From assembly GCA_044451405.1 (NCBI GenBank), contig JBIOKB010000003.1, positions 1 through 39,032 on the forward strand: a DNA stretch of 39,032 bases, read 5' to 3'. Below the pieces are notes generated by a model. The model was not told the origin of the DNA. It searched no databases and worked only from the letters and a program-made list of their open reading frames with translations. This DNA is from Candidatus Babeliales bacterium. Lineage in GTDB: Bacteria > Babelota > Babeliae > Babelales > Vermiphilaceae. Positions 1 through 7,383 of this stretch are shown here, piece by piece; the first letter of the stretch is position 1; every line of letters starts with the position of its first letter. Made by a program: the position numbers and the translations under genes.

Positions 1-5
1 TTAAT

Positions 6-443
6 ATGGATCATGAAGACCGAGATCACTCTGCTCATGAACAAATGGAAGAGCAGTTAACTGATTTTGATAAAGAATTGTTTGCATGCTGGGAGCAAGA
101 GAGAAAGAAATATACCGGCGACTTCTACATTGTAGTGATCACTAAGAAAGAGAAGTTATTAGCAAACGTAATCCGCAATTATTTCTTTTCCCGTCAGTCC
201 TGTCCTACTCCTGATTGGGATCAAACAGTCTATAAAGTATCGCGATATTTAGATGATGCAATTGATTATTTATGGTGCATCCCATCACGAGAAATCTGCC
301 AAGAATTTATCCATGATCCGTTATCCGTCCCCGAAGAAGAAAAACAATTGCTGAGTCACGTGCTTGATTTTAATGATGGCACACTATTCCGACTAGCAAA
401 ACAATTGAATGGTGAAGAGTTAGCAAGTCCATTATTAATATAG
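6..443 (+). CDS. Conserved phage head-region protein; diverged copy of 38513..38989
   Basis: Shares GDFY.VVITKKE.LL.NVIRNYFFSRQSCPTPDWDQTVY...LNGEELASPLLI with the last ORF of the window. N-terminus differs. Confidence 0.75.
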   Translation: MDHEDRDHSAHEQMEEQLTDFDKELFACWEQERKKYTGDFYIVVITKKEKLLANVIRNYFFSRQSCPTPDWDQTVYKVSRYLDDAIDYLWCIPSREICQEFIHDPLSVPEEEKQLLSHVLDFNDGTLFRLAKQLNGEELASPLLI

Positions 444-486
444 GAGAGTGAAGCATGTCAGGTTTTGATATTAAATATGATAAAAA
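408..486 (+). repeat. 79-bp exact direct repeat with window end (38954..39032); circularisation overlap
   Basis: AATGGTGAAGAG...ATATGATAAAAA is identical at offset 38546. Confidence 0.95.
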
Positions 487-1312
487 CGGCATGGCTATTA
501 AAGGGCCTGAACCAGTCATAGAAGAAGCACCGGTTGAAGCAGCACCACCAGAAGTTGAAGAAGTTGAAGCAGAATCTGAGTCTGATGATGTAGATCATGT
601 GCATGAAGATGAAATCATTGAAGAAGTAGTACCACAAAAGCCTCAAGTAAAACTATCATCTGAACAGCAAAATATGCGTGCATTACGCGAAAAAGCAGAA
701 CGCGCTGAACGTGAAGCTGATCGCAATGCTAAAGAACGCGATGAAATGATGCGCCTTATTCAAGAAATGCGTGCCAAGAATGAGCCTAAACTTCAGCTAA
801 AAAAAGAAGAACCTGAAGAAGATTATTCTTTTAGTATTGGTGATGATGATCTTGCTGAAGGCAAACATCTTGCCAAGATGCAAAAGCATATCAAGAAACT
901 TGAATCAGAATTAAAGAGTGTAAAACAACAATCAACTAGCATGTCAGTTGAGACACGTCTTAAGCTTCAGTATCCAGACATAGAAAAAGTGCTCAGCAAT
1001 GAGAATATACAGCGCTTAGGACAAGAAGAGCCAGAACTCGCCTATACTATTGGATCAAATACGGATTTATATACGCAGCAAGTTACCGCCTATAAATTGA
1101 TCAAGAAACTTGGTATATATAAAGATCAGACGTTTGATGCTGAAAAAGAGATCATTAAAAAGAATGCAGCTAAACCACGTCCTGTAGTGAGCCTATCTCC
1201 ACAGCAAGGAGATAGCCCATTATCGCGAGCAAATGCATTTGCTAATGGCTTAACAGAAGATCTCAAAAAGCAATTGAATCGTGAAATGCATGAAGCTACC
1301 AAGAACTTTTAA
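455..1312 (+). CDS. Putative capsid scaffolding protein
   Basis: Acidic N-terminus, long coiled coil, located between portal and major capsid gene. GGAG RBS upstream. Confidence 0.65.
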   Translation: MSGFDIKYDKNGMAIKGPEPVIEEAPVEAAPPEVEEVEAESESDDVDHVHEDEIIEEVVPQKPQVKLSSEQQNMRALREKAERAEREADRNAKERDEMMRLIQEMRAKNEPKLQLKKEEPEEDYSFSIGDDDLAEGKHLAKMQKHIKKLESELKSVKQQSTSMSVETRLKLQYPDIEKVLSNENIQRLGQEEPELAYTIGSNTDLYTQQVTAYKLIKKLGIYKDQTFDAEKEIIKKNAAKPRPVVSLSPQQGDSPLSRANAFANGLTEDLKKQLNREMHEATKNF

Positions 1313-1336
1313 AAGCTCCTTTTAACTCACTGCTTA

Positions 1337-1362
1337 CCGGATAGGCTTACTCACCTATCCGG
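1337..1362. terminator. Stem-loop after scaffold gene
   Basis: CCGGATAGG/CCTATCCGG perfect 9-bp stem; no clear U-tract. Confidence 0.45.
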
Positions 1363-1430
1363 GGTGGGATAACTTGCATTCTAAAATTGAGTGATGCATT
1401 ATAATATAAATCTAAGCAGAGGAGAATCGT

Positions 1431-1877
1431 ATGAAACTCATCTATCAATGGCTTATCATTATTGGTCTTGTTGGGCTTTTATGGCTTGTCCATATACAAG
1501 CAGGCGGAAAATTAAGCAGACTTCTTTGCTTTAAAGAACCAACGTCACGAGCAAGTATCACCCAAAATATAATTATCAAAACTCGTCGTTACTCTCATGA
1601 AGTGGCTAAAGATGTAGTTGCTGATCAAGTTAAAGAACCATCTAAAGGATTACCCCAGACCATTGATCCAAGCACAGCCGTCAAATCCGATAAATCAGAA
1701 AAAGAAGAATCTAAAAAGGATGATGTACCTAAGGTTCCGACAACACCGCCTTCAAAGACAGCAAGCCAAAAAAGAAAAGCAAGACGAAAAGCAATAAAAG
1801 TAATAATTAGAAGCGAACCTGTCAGCCCACGAAGTGAATGGGATTGGTGTGACCGTGAACCAAAGATGATTCAATAA
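1431..1877 (+). CDS. Membrane-anchored basic hypothetical protein
   Basis: N-terminal hydrophobic helix, Lys/Arg-rich C-terminus, GAGGAG RBS, TATAAT at 1400-1405. Confidence 0.7.
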   Translation: MKLIYQWLIIIGLVGLLWLVHIQAGGKLSRLLCFKEPTSRASITQNIIIKTRRYSHEVAKDVVADQVKEPSKGLPQTIDPSTAVKSDKSEKEESKKDDVPKVPTTPPSKTASQKRKARRKAIKVIIRSEPVSPRSEWDWCDREPKMIQ

Positions 1878-2087
1878 TTAGTTATCGTTAGTAAATACTA
1901 ATTTACGTCCTTCAATTCTATCCATGTAAATATGGATATTCTTTTTAGCCAATCTATGTTTTTCCTTGGTATCTCGCGGTGCTTCCTTAATAGGTTTTGG
2001 CCGCTCTATCTTTGGTGGCGTTCCACCGCGTTCTGCACCATATCCTAATGTCGATACTAATAACAATAATAACGCATATCTAAACAT
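1878..2087 (-). CDS. Small secreted hypothetical protein
   Basis: Signal-peptide-like MFRYALLLLLVSTLGYG; AAGGA RBS upstream on minus strand. Confidence 0.6.
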   Translation of the reverse strand: MFRYALLLLLVSTLGYGAERGGTPPKIERPKPIKEAPRDTKEKHRLAKKNIHIYMDRIEGRKLVFTNDN

Positions 2088-2188
2088 ATAAATCCTTTAA
2101 AAAAACATAGGGGCCCTAGAATGCCCCTACGCAATAATACCAAAAGCTCCTCCTACAAAAAGAGCATTCCCATCTTACCACAATAATC

Positions 2189-2217
2189 TTGAATGCGAAA
2201 ATTGAGATTATTACCCT
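2189..2217 (+). promoter_or_regulatory. Putative late promoter for capsid operon
   Basis: TTGAAT-17nt-TACCCT. The 18-mer TTGAATGCGAAAATTGAG is identical to 35181-35198. Confidence 0.65.
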
Positions 2218-2225
2218 TCAATTCT

Positions 2226-2299
2226 GAACGTAGTGAAGTGTCGTTCTCTTCTGGCGTATGAGCCTCGCCACCTCAGACGTATTCAAGTCTCGTCAACTT
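2226..2299 (+). ncRNA. Cis-regulatory leader RNA: three tandem mini-pseudoknots
   Basis: Three units NNCG-TA...T-CGNN with different but complementary stems. Each loop 4-mer is complementary to the 4-mer just 3' of its stem. Confidence 0.6.
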
Positions 2300-2343
2300 A
2301 AATTTGTTGTTTGTATTTACATACACCTATTTAAGGAAAAACT

Positions 2344-2580
2344 TTGGCTATAACAACTACAAGTACGTTGCCTGCTCCAGTGCAACAAAGCTTTAGCTAC
2401 AAGCTATTATCCGTTCCTGTTCCTAATATGATTCACAAAATACCGGCAATGAAAAAGAATATGCCGCGTAATGGTGGTACAACGCTAAGAATGCGTCGTT
2501 ACAATCCATTGAATACTGCAATGGTTCCATTAGGGAATGCTGGTGTTACTCCGCCAGCGCAGAATTTAACTGCCGTGGAT
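2344..2580 (+). CDS. Major capsid protein (N4-gp56-like), exon 1
   Basis: TTG start after AAGGA. MP.NGGTTLRMRRY.PL motif typical of N4-gp56-family capsids. Joins in frame to 2961 (…LTAVD|IDAKISFYG…). Confidence 0.85.
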
Positions 2581-2960
2581 AGACTTTATGTCCACGTTAA
2601 ATCTTCTCTAATAGACTTGGAAACCGAAGTAGTTTTTAACTAACCGGCAACAAGGGGCAAGATTATGGAATTTAAAGAACCATTTGTATGTGATAGTTGT
2701 GATTTTAAGATTACTCAATTGATTAGTAATTATAAATTCAATAGACAAGCAATGGTTAAAAGAGTTTGCGATTTTCAATCAGATAGATGTTTTTATGAAT
2801 TTATTGATTGGATTAAGAACAATTTCCATACTCAGCCTGAACGTAGCAAGCGAGAAGACCTCGAAAGAGGATGCGGTGCTCTGAACACGGCGGATAACGT
2901 CGTGAGGGATAAGTAGAGAAAGTCCCCGCCTAGAAATAGGTCACAAAAGTAACAGAATTG
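2581..2960 (+). mobile_element. Group I self-splicing intron (380 nt) in major capsid gene
   Basis: Exon ends in T and intron ends in G. P1 CGTGGAT/GTCCACG has a U.G pair at the splice site. P3 TCTTCTC(2602)/GAGAAGA(2852), P8 CCTC-GAAA-GAGG, P7 AGCA/TGCT, P9 CACGGCG/CGTCGTG. Removal gives a continuous 315-aa ORF. Confidence 0.9.
2665..2916 (+). CDS. Intron-internal small ORF of unknown function, possibly a remnant
   Basis: Starts in the P6 extension (TATGGAA 2664/TTCCATA 2824 stem) and runs into the ribozyme core. CxxC present; no homing-endonuclease motif seen. Confidence 0.3.
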   Translation: MEFKEPFVCDSCDFKITQLISNYKFNRQAMVKRVCDFQSDRCFYEFIDWIKNNFHTQPERSKREDLERGCGALNTADNVVRDK

Positions 2961-3671
2961 ATAGATGCAAAAATTTCATTTTACGGGACATACGTCCAGC
3001 TCAATGAACAGGTAACATTACAAAATCAAGATCCAGTTTTGAATGAATGCGCAGCACGTCTAGGAGTGTCTTTACGACAAACCGAAGATCAGCTAACTCG
3101 CGATATGCTCGCAGCCACCGCTTCTTTCATCAACTGTGTTGCTGGATTTAACGGAGATAATCCTACTGAAATTACACGCGGAGATATTAATAACGTAGTG
3201 CGTACATTATTGAACAATAATGCCTACACAATTATGGATAATATCGAGGGTGAAGATAAGTTCGGTACAGCTCCGGTTCGTGATGCTTATTTTGCATTAG
3301 CATCAACCAACTTAACGGCGAATCTTGATAACGTAGCTGGATTCATACACAAAAACCAATATCCCGCTCCCAATGAGGCTTTACGAAGCGAATGGGGCAG
3401 CGCAGGAAATTTGCGATTCTTAGTTTCATCGATTGGATCGCAGACTTCGCAAGCATCATCTCTCGGAGCAACGGTCTACAATATCTTCTGTGTTGGTATG
3501 GAAGCTTATGCATGTATTGAACAAGATGGATACAGCGCAAGCTTTATTTATCGTCCACCAATATATGACGGTCCATTAGCTCTTAATGCTTCAGTTGGAT
3601 ATAAATTCGCCGAAGTGCCAAGAATAACCAATGATCAATGGGTAATTAATTTACGCGCAACATTGGCTTAA
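2961..3671 (+). CDS. Major capsid protein (N4-gp56-like), exon 2
   Basis: YGTYVQLNEQV…DPVL…EWGSAGNLRF…GPLALNASVGYKF resembles N4-gp56-type capsid core. No independent RBS at 2958. Confidence 0.85.
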   Translation: MDAKISFYGTYVQLNEQVTLQNQDPVLNECAARLGVSLRQTEDQLTRDMLAATASFINCVAGFNGDNPTEITRGDINNVVRTLLNNNAYTIMDNIEGEDKFGTAPVRDAYFALASTNLTANLDNVAGFIHKNQYPAPNEALRSEWGSAGNLRFLVSSIGSQTSQASSLGATVYNIFCVGMEAYACIEQDGYSASFIYRPPIYDGPLALNASVGYKFAEVPRITNDQWVINLRATLA

Positions 3672-3695
3672 TATTTCTATTAGGAGAACTATAAC

Positions 3696-4925
3696 ATGGA
3701 CGGAACTATATTAGGACAAGGTACGTTTACCGCGTCTTCTTTCGGACTAGCAAACCCGAACCCGGGAAATGCTGAACAATCCAATGCCGTACAAACCATT
3801 ATTCAGATTCCATCTGGTGCTGATTGGTTGCGGGTATTTAACTACACCCAATTTGGTGTGGCTGGTTGGGCTGGTGCAGCATATTTTAATGGAACTGCAA
3901 ATGCTGATGTTGGTGTAGAATTTTGGTGGCAACGTGGTATGGCTGCTGGAACTGGTATCGTTAAATATAAAGCTGCTGCAACAGCAGTCTTATCTGGCGA
4001 TACATTAGCATCTGGTGGTTTCACCCTTTACGATCCATCAGGAACTTCAACAGGTGCTCAGCCATTATTGAGTGCTCCGGTAGCAACAACTGCTTCTACA
4101 AACGTAACGCGTCCTATAGTAAGCACCGGTAATACTGCTGGTGTATCAGTAGGTACTGTTGTACGTCTATATGGCACAGCTCAAACAGATGTGAATGGTG
4201 TTGATTTTGTAGTTGGTGCCGTGACTGCTAATACAAGCTTCACGCTCTTAACTGCTTCTAATGCTTTAGCAACTGCTCCTGGCGCAATTGGTGGTGCTGG
4301 ATTCTATAGCATTGTCTATAACGGAAATAGCCAGCTCTTTTATCCACGTCGTCGTACGATCGTGAATATATCACAAGCTGCTAATGCTCAAGTTGGTACT
4401 TCAGTTGCTCATGGATTAACAGTAGGACAAGAAGTTCGCTTCAACATCCCATCTGTTTCTGGCATGACACAATTGAATGCAGATCCATTGAACAACTACT
4501 TCCCAAGTAACTCATTAGTGCCCGCAATTGTTATGAGTGTTGTGGATGACTATAACTTCACGATCAACATCAATACAACGGCATATACTGCATTTACCTA
4601 TCCAACCATTGCACAACAACCAAGTTCATTCCCTATCGTCGTGCCAATTGGTGAAGATACTGCAACATCATTGTCTTCAGCTTCTGCTCAAGTGCCAATG
4701 ATTGGTGGTCAACAAATCTTTAACACAAACAGCCAAATACTCGCTGATTCAACTGTTAACACTGGTTACTTAGGAATGATCTTAGGTATTGGTGGCCTTG
4801 GTATTGAAGCAGCTGCCGTGCCATTAATTGGGCCTGCTGGGTCTATTGCATGGTCTGCTGGAAATGCGCCAACAGGTGACATCTTGTATTGGGTTGCTGG
4901 TAAATCAACATTTGGCGGTCTTTAG
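3696..4925 (+). CDS. Virion structural/decoration protein with FCCH-like beta repeats
   Basis: Gly/Ala/Thr-rich, IVNISQAANAQV.TSVAHGL.VGQEV motif, directly after capsid gene, AGGAG RBS. Confidence 0.6.
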   Translation: MDGTILGQGTFTASSFGLANPNPGNAEQSNAVQTIIQIPSGADWLRVFNYTQFGVAGWAGAAYFNGTANADVGVEFWWQRGMAAGTGIVKYKAAATAVLSGDTLASGGFTLYDPSGTSTGAQPLLSAPVATTASTNVTRPIVSTGNTAGVSVGTVVRLYGTAQTDVNGVDFVVGAVTANTSFTLLTASNALATAPGAIGGAGFYSIVYNGNSQLFYPRRRTIVNISQAANAQVGTSVAHGLTVGQEVRFNIPSVSGMTQLNADPLNNYFPSNSLVPAIVMSVVDDYNFTININTTAYTAFTYPTIAQQPSSFPIVVPIGEDTATSLSSASAQVPMIGGQQIFNTNSQILADSTVNTGYLGMILGIGGLGIEAAAVPLIGPAGSIAWSAGNAPTGDILYWVAGKSTFGGL

Positions 4926-4934
4926 TAATTAAAT

Positions 4935-4952
4935 AGGGGGCTTCGGCCCCCT
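4935..4952 (+). terminator. GC hairpin with C(UUCG)G tetraloop; terminator or mRNA stabiliser after head genes
   Basis: AGGGGGC-TTCG-GCCCCCT. Confidence 0.65.
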
Positions 4953-4966
4953 TCTATAGGAGAGCT

Positions 4967-5407
4967 ATGGAAACAGAATTAAAACCACTTGATCTTACAC
5001 ACAATGGGAAAAGAGAAGATACCCAAGAACCAACTAAGAAATCTAAGAAGTTGAATTTAAAACAACTTCGGGAAAAGCACGCTAAACCAGTGCGTGGGAT
5101 ATTCCGTTACCACGAATGTCCAGGTGGCCTCATGAAATTTTCTTTCATGGAATTTAAAGAAGATGGCGTGAAAGATTATGCATTACAAGATGGCGAAGTG
5201 TATACCATACCACTTGGTGTTGCTCTTCATCTGAATAAGAACGTTGCGTACCCAGAGTATGACTACTTCAAGACCGAAGACAAGATGAAGAATACGTTTC
5301 AAGTCGCGCGTAAAGTGCGTCGTGTGAGTTTTCAGTCTTTGGAATTCATTGATGAAGAAGAGTTTAATTCACCAGATCGCATCTTGCAGGTTACTTCCGC
5401 ATTCTAG
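4967..5407 (+). CDS. Hypothetical phage protein (head-tail region)
   Basis: 146-aa ORF with AGGAG RBS, in operon. Confidence 0.7.
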   Translation: METELKPLDLTHNGKREDTQEPTKKSKKLNLKQLREKHAKPVRGIFRYHECPGGLMKFSFMEFKEDGVKDYALQDGEVYTIPLGVALHLNKNVAYPEYDYFKTEDKMKNTFQVARKVRRVSFQSLEFIDEEEFNSPDRILQVTSAF

Positions 5408-5427
5408 CTCAAAAAAGGAGAGTAGAG

Positions 5428-5796
5428 ATGTCTACCTGTTACGCGCAACCAAATCCTATATTTCAACCGGCAATGCGCATCATTACTGCTATTACTAATG
5501 GCAATCCTGCTACGGTAACAACAAGTTTCGCGCATCAGTATATAAGTGGAACATTGGTTCGCTTAGATATCCCACCCGCAGATGGTATGCCAGAGGCAGA
5601 TCAATTTGTAGGTCCTATTACCGTAACAGGAACCACTACCTTTACTCTCCCGTTAGATACTACCACCTTCACACCTTTTGCAATTCCTGTATCGCCACTT
5701 TCTCAAATAAATACCTGCGCGCAAGTAGTCCCTATAGGTGAGATAACGCCGATTTTAGATGCGGCAGTTCAAAACGTTTTACCGTTTAAAGCATAG
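5428..5796 (+). CDS. Small structural protein with FCCH-like domain
   Basis: ITAITNGNPATVTTSFAH…G..VRL motif, similar to the repeat in 3696..4925. Confidence 0.6.
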   Translation: MSTCYAQPNPIFQPAMRIITAITNGNPATVTTSFAHQYISGTLVRLDIPPADGMPEADQFVGPITVTGTTTFTLPLDTTTFTPFAIPVSPLSQINTCAQVVPIGEITPILDAAVQNVLPFKA

Positions 5797-5804
5797 GAAA
5801 TACG

Positions 5805-6809
5805 ATGGCAGATACATTACAAGGAATACAAACAAAAGTGCGACGCTTAACGCGTAGCATGTCAGAATCAGTGTTATCAACCGTAGATTTAAATGACTAT
5901 ATCAATACATTCGTTTTGTATGATATGCCTGAGCATCTCCGCTTATTTGATTTAAGAACGCAATTCACGTTCTACTGTAATCCCTATCAGGATGTATACG
6001 TGACTGACACTACACTCAACGTAAACGATCCGCTCTACAACTTTAAAAATTTATATATATCCGTTCATCCTCCGCTCTATATAGCCGGTTTCGAAGCAAT
6101 GTATACGCAATCACGTGAGCAACTATTTGGCGTCTATCCTGGCATTAATTTTATTCAATCAATTGGCGTTGCGGGCAATGGTATTACGCAGACCTTTACA
6201 GGAGTTGTGCCTAATTCCCCATTCCTACAAAATCAGGTGCTCTTTTCATCAATAGATACTATGAACAACGGCCTTTCATTAATTGACGTTCCTACTTCAA
6301 ATAGCGCAGGCAACCTTGTAGTACCCGGAACTGCTACCGTCCAAGGAACGGTGAATTATGTAACCGGAGCATTCACCCTCACATTCCCGACTGCTCCAGG
6401 ATCTGGTCAGCCAATCAATAGCCAAACAGTGCCTTATGTTCCACAGATTCCATTGGCTATGCTCTACTATGATGACAAATTCACCCTCCGTCCGGTTCCT
6501 GATCAGCCATATAGAATTAATTTTGAAGTATTTAAACGACCAACTCAGCTCATAGCATCAAATCAGGTTCCTGAATTGGAACAATGGTGGCAATACATAG
6601 CCTATGGTGCAGCTAAAAAAGTATTAGAAGATCGTATGGATCTTGATAGCGTCGCACTCATATTACCTGAGTTTTTAAAGCAACAAAATTTAGTGCTCCG
6701 CAGAACACTTATTCAATATGCAAATCAACGTGTGGCAACTATATACACCGAGCAGACTTCTGTTGGATATAACAACTGGGGTATAGGCGGTGCTGGTGGT
6801 AATTTATAA
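5805..6809 (+). CDS. Putative head-tail adaptor (tail tubular A-like)
   Basis: L..I.TKVRRLT…L.DYIN N-terminus and L.PVPDQ.Y…P.L.QWWQYIAYGAA C-terminus fit podovirus adaptors; position. Confidence 0.55.
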   Translation: MADTLQGIQTKVRRLTRSMSESVLSTVDLNDYINTFVLYDMPEHLRLFDLRTQFTFYCNPYQDVYVTDTTLNVNDPLYNFKNLYISVHPPLYIAGFEAMYTQSREQLFGVYPGINFIQSIGVAGNGITQTFTGVVPNSPFLQNQVLFSSIDTMNNGLSLIDVPTSNSAGNLVVPGTATVQGTVNYVTGAFTLTFPTAPGSGQPINSQTVPYVPQIPLAMLYYDDKFTLRPVPDQPYRINFEVFKRPTQLIASNQVPELEQWWQYIAYGAAKKVLEDRMDLDSVALILPEFLKQQNLVLRRTLIQYANQRVATIYTEQTSVGYNNWGIGGAGGNL

Positions 6810-6825
6810 TAATTAAGGAACAGTA

Positions 6826-7383
6826 ATGGCATATTTAAATAATATTCCCCAGCTAACAGATCAACTCTCGCAATCACAACCAGCGATTCTGGGAAACTTT
6901 GGTGAAATTGGTACATGGGTGGCGGTAAACCACGTGACATTCGACTCAGGGGCAAATACAGGAAAGCATTTCTTTGTTGAATTTCCTGTACCTGGAGTAA
7001 CACCGGTCACAGCAGCTGGTGAAGTTGGCTTATATTCTCAAACATCCACATTCACTGCACAACCAGAACTTGTATTTTCAAAGCAAGGTGGTACCGGAGT
7101 TTATGAGTTCACCTCTTCTGGTCAAGTGGTTAATGGTGGTTGGGTACGTCATCCATCAGGCATCTTGATGAAATGGGGCACAGGAGCACCAGGAGGCCCA
7201 GGAAACTTAGCAATTAACTTTCCTGTTGCAGCAACTAATCCTGCCTTTGTAACTGCTTATGTGGCATTTGTAACACCAACAAGTGCTGGCATAATAACCT
7301 ACGTAAATGCTCTGACTAATTTAACATTGACGGTAAACGCATCAGCCGCAGGAAACTTTAACTATTTAGTTATAGGAATCTAA
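6826..7383 (+). CDS. Short tail-fibre-like structural protein
   Basis: GW.RHPSGILMKWG…INFP…F motif of fibre distal domains. Confidence 0.55.
   Translation: MAYLNNIPQLTDQLSQSQPAILGNFGEIGTWVAVNHVTFDSGANTGKHFFVEFPVPGVTPVTAAGEVGLYSQTSTFTAQPELVFSKQGGTGVYEFTSSGQVVNGGWVRHPSGILMKWGTGAPGGPGNLAINFPVAATNPAFVTAYVAFVTPTSAGIITYVNALTNLTLTVNASAAGNFNYLVIGI

Noticed and set aside
6-443. Diversity-generating retroelement TR/VR pair with 38513..38989
   Set aside because: Differences are not adenine-specific, include an indel and are mostly synonymous. No reverse transcriptase is present.
408-486. Biological direct terminal repeat or att site
   Set aside because: Spans a gene junction, stops at the contig end, has a k-mer-like length, and no integrase is present. 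Assembly overlap is more likely.
2581-2960. Capsid split explained by frameshift, read-through, intein or pseudogene
   Set aside because: The 380-nt insert is not a multiple of three, contains stops, and shows group I pairings with exact in-frame exon joining.
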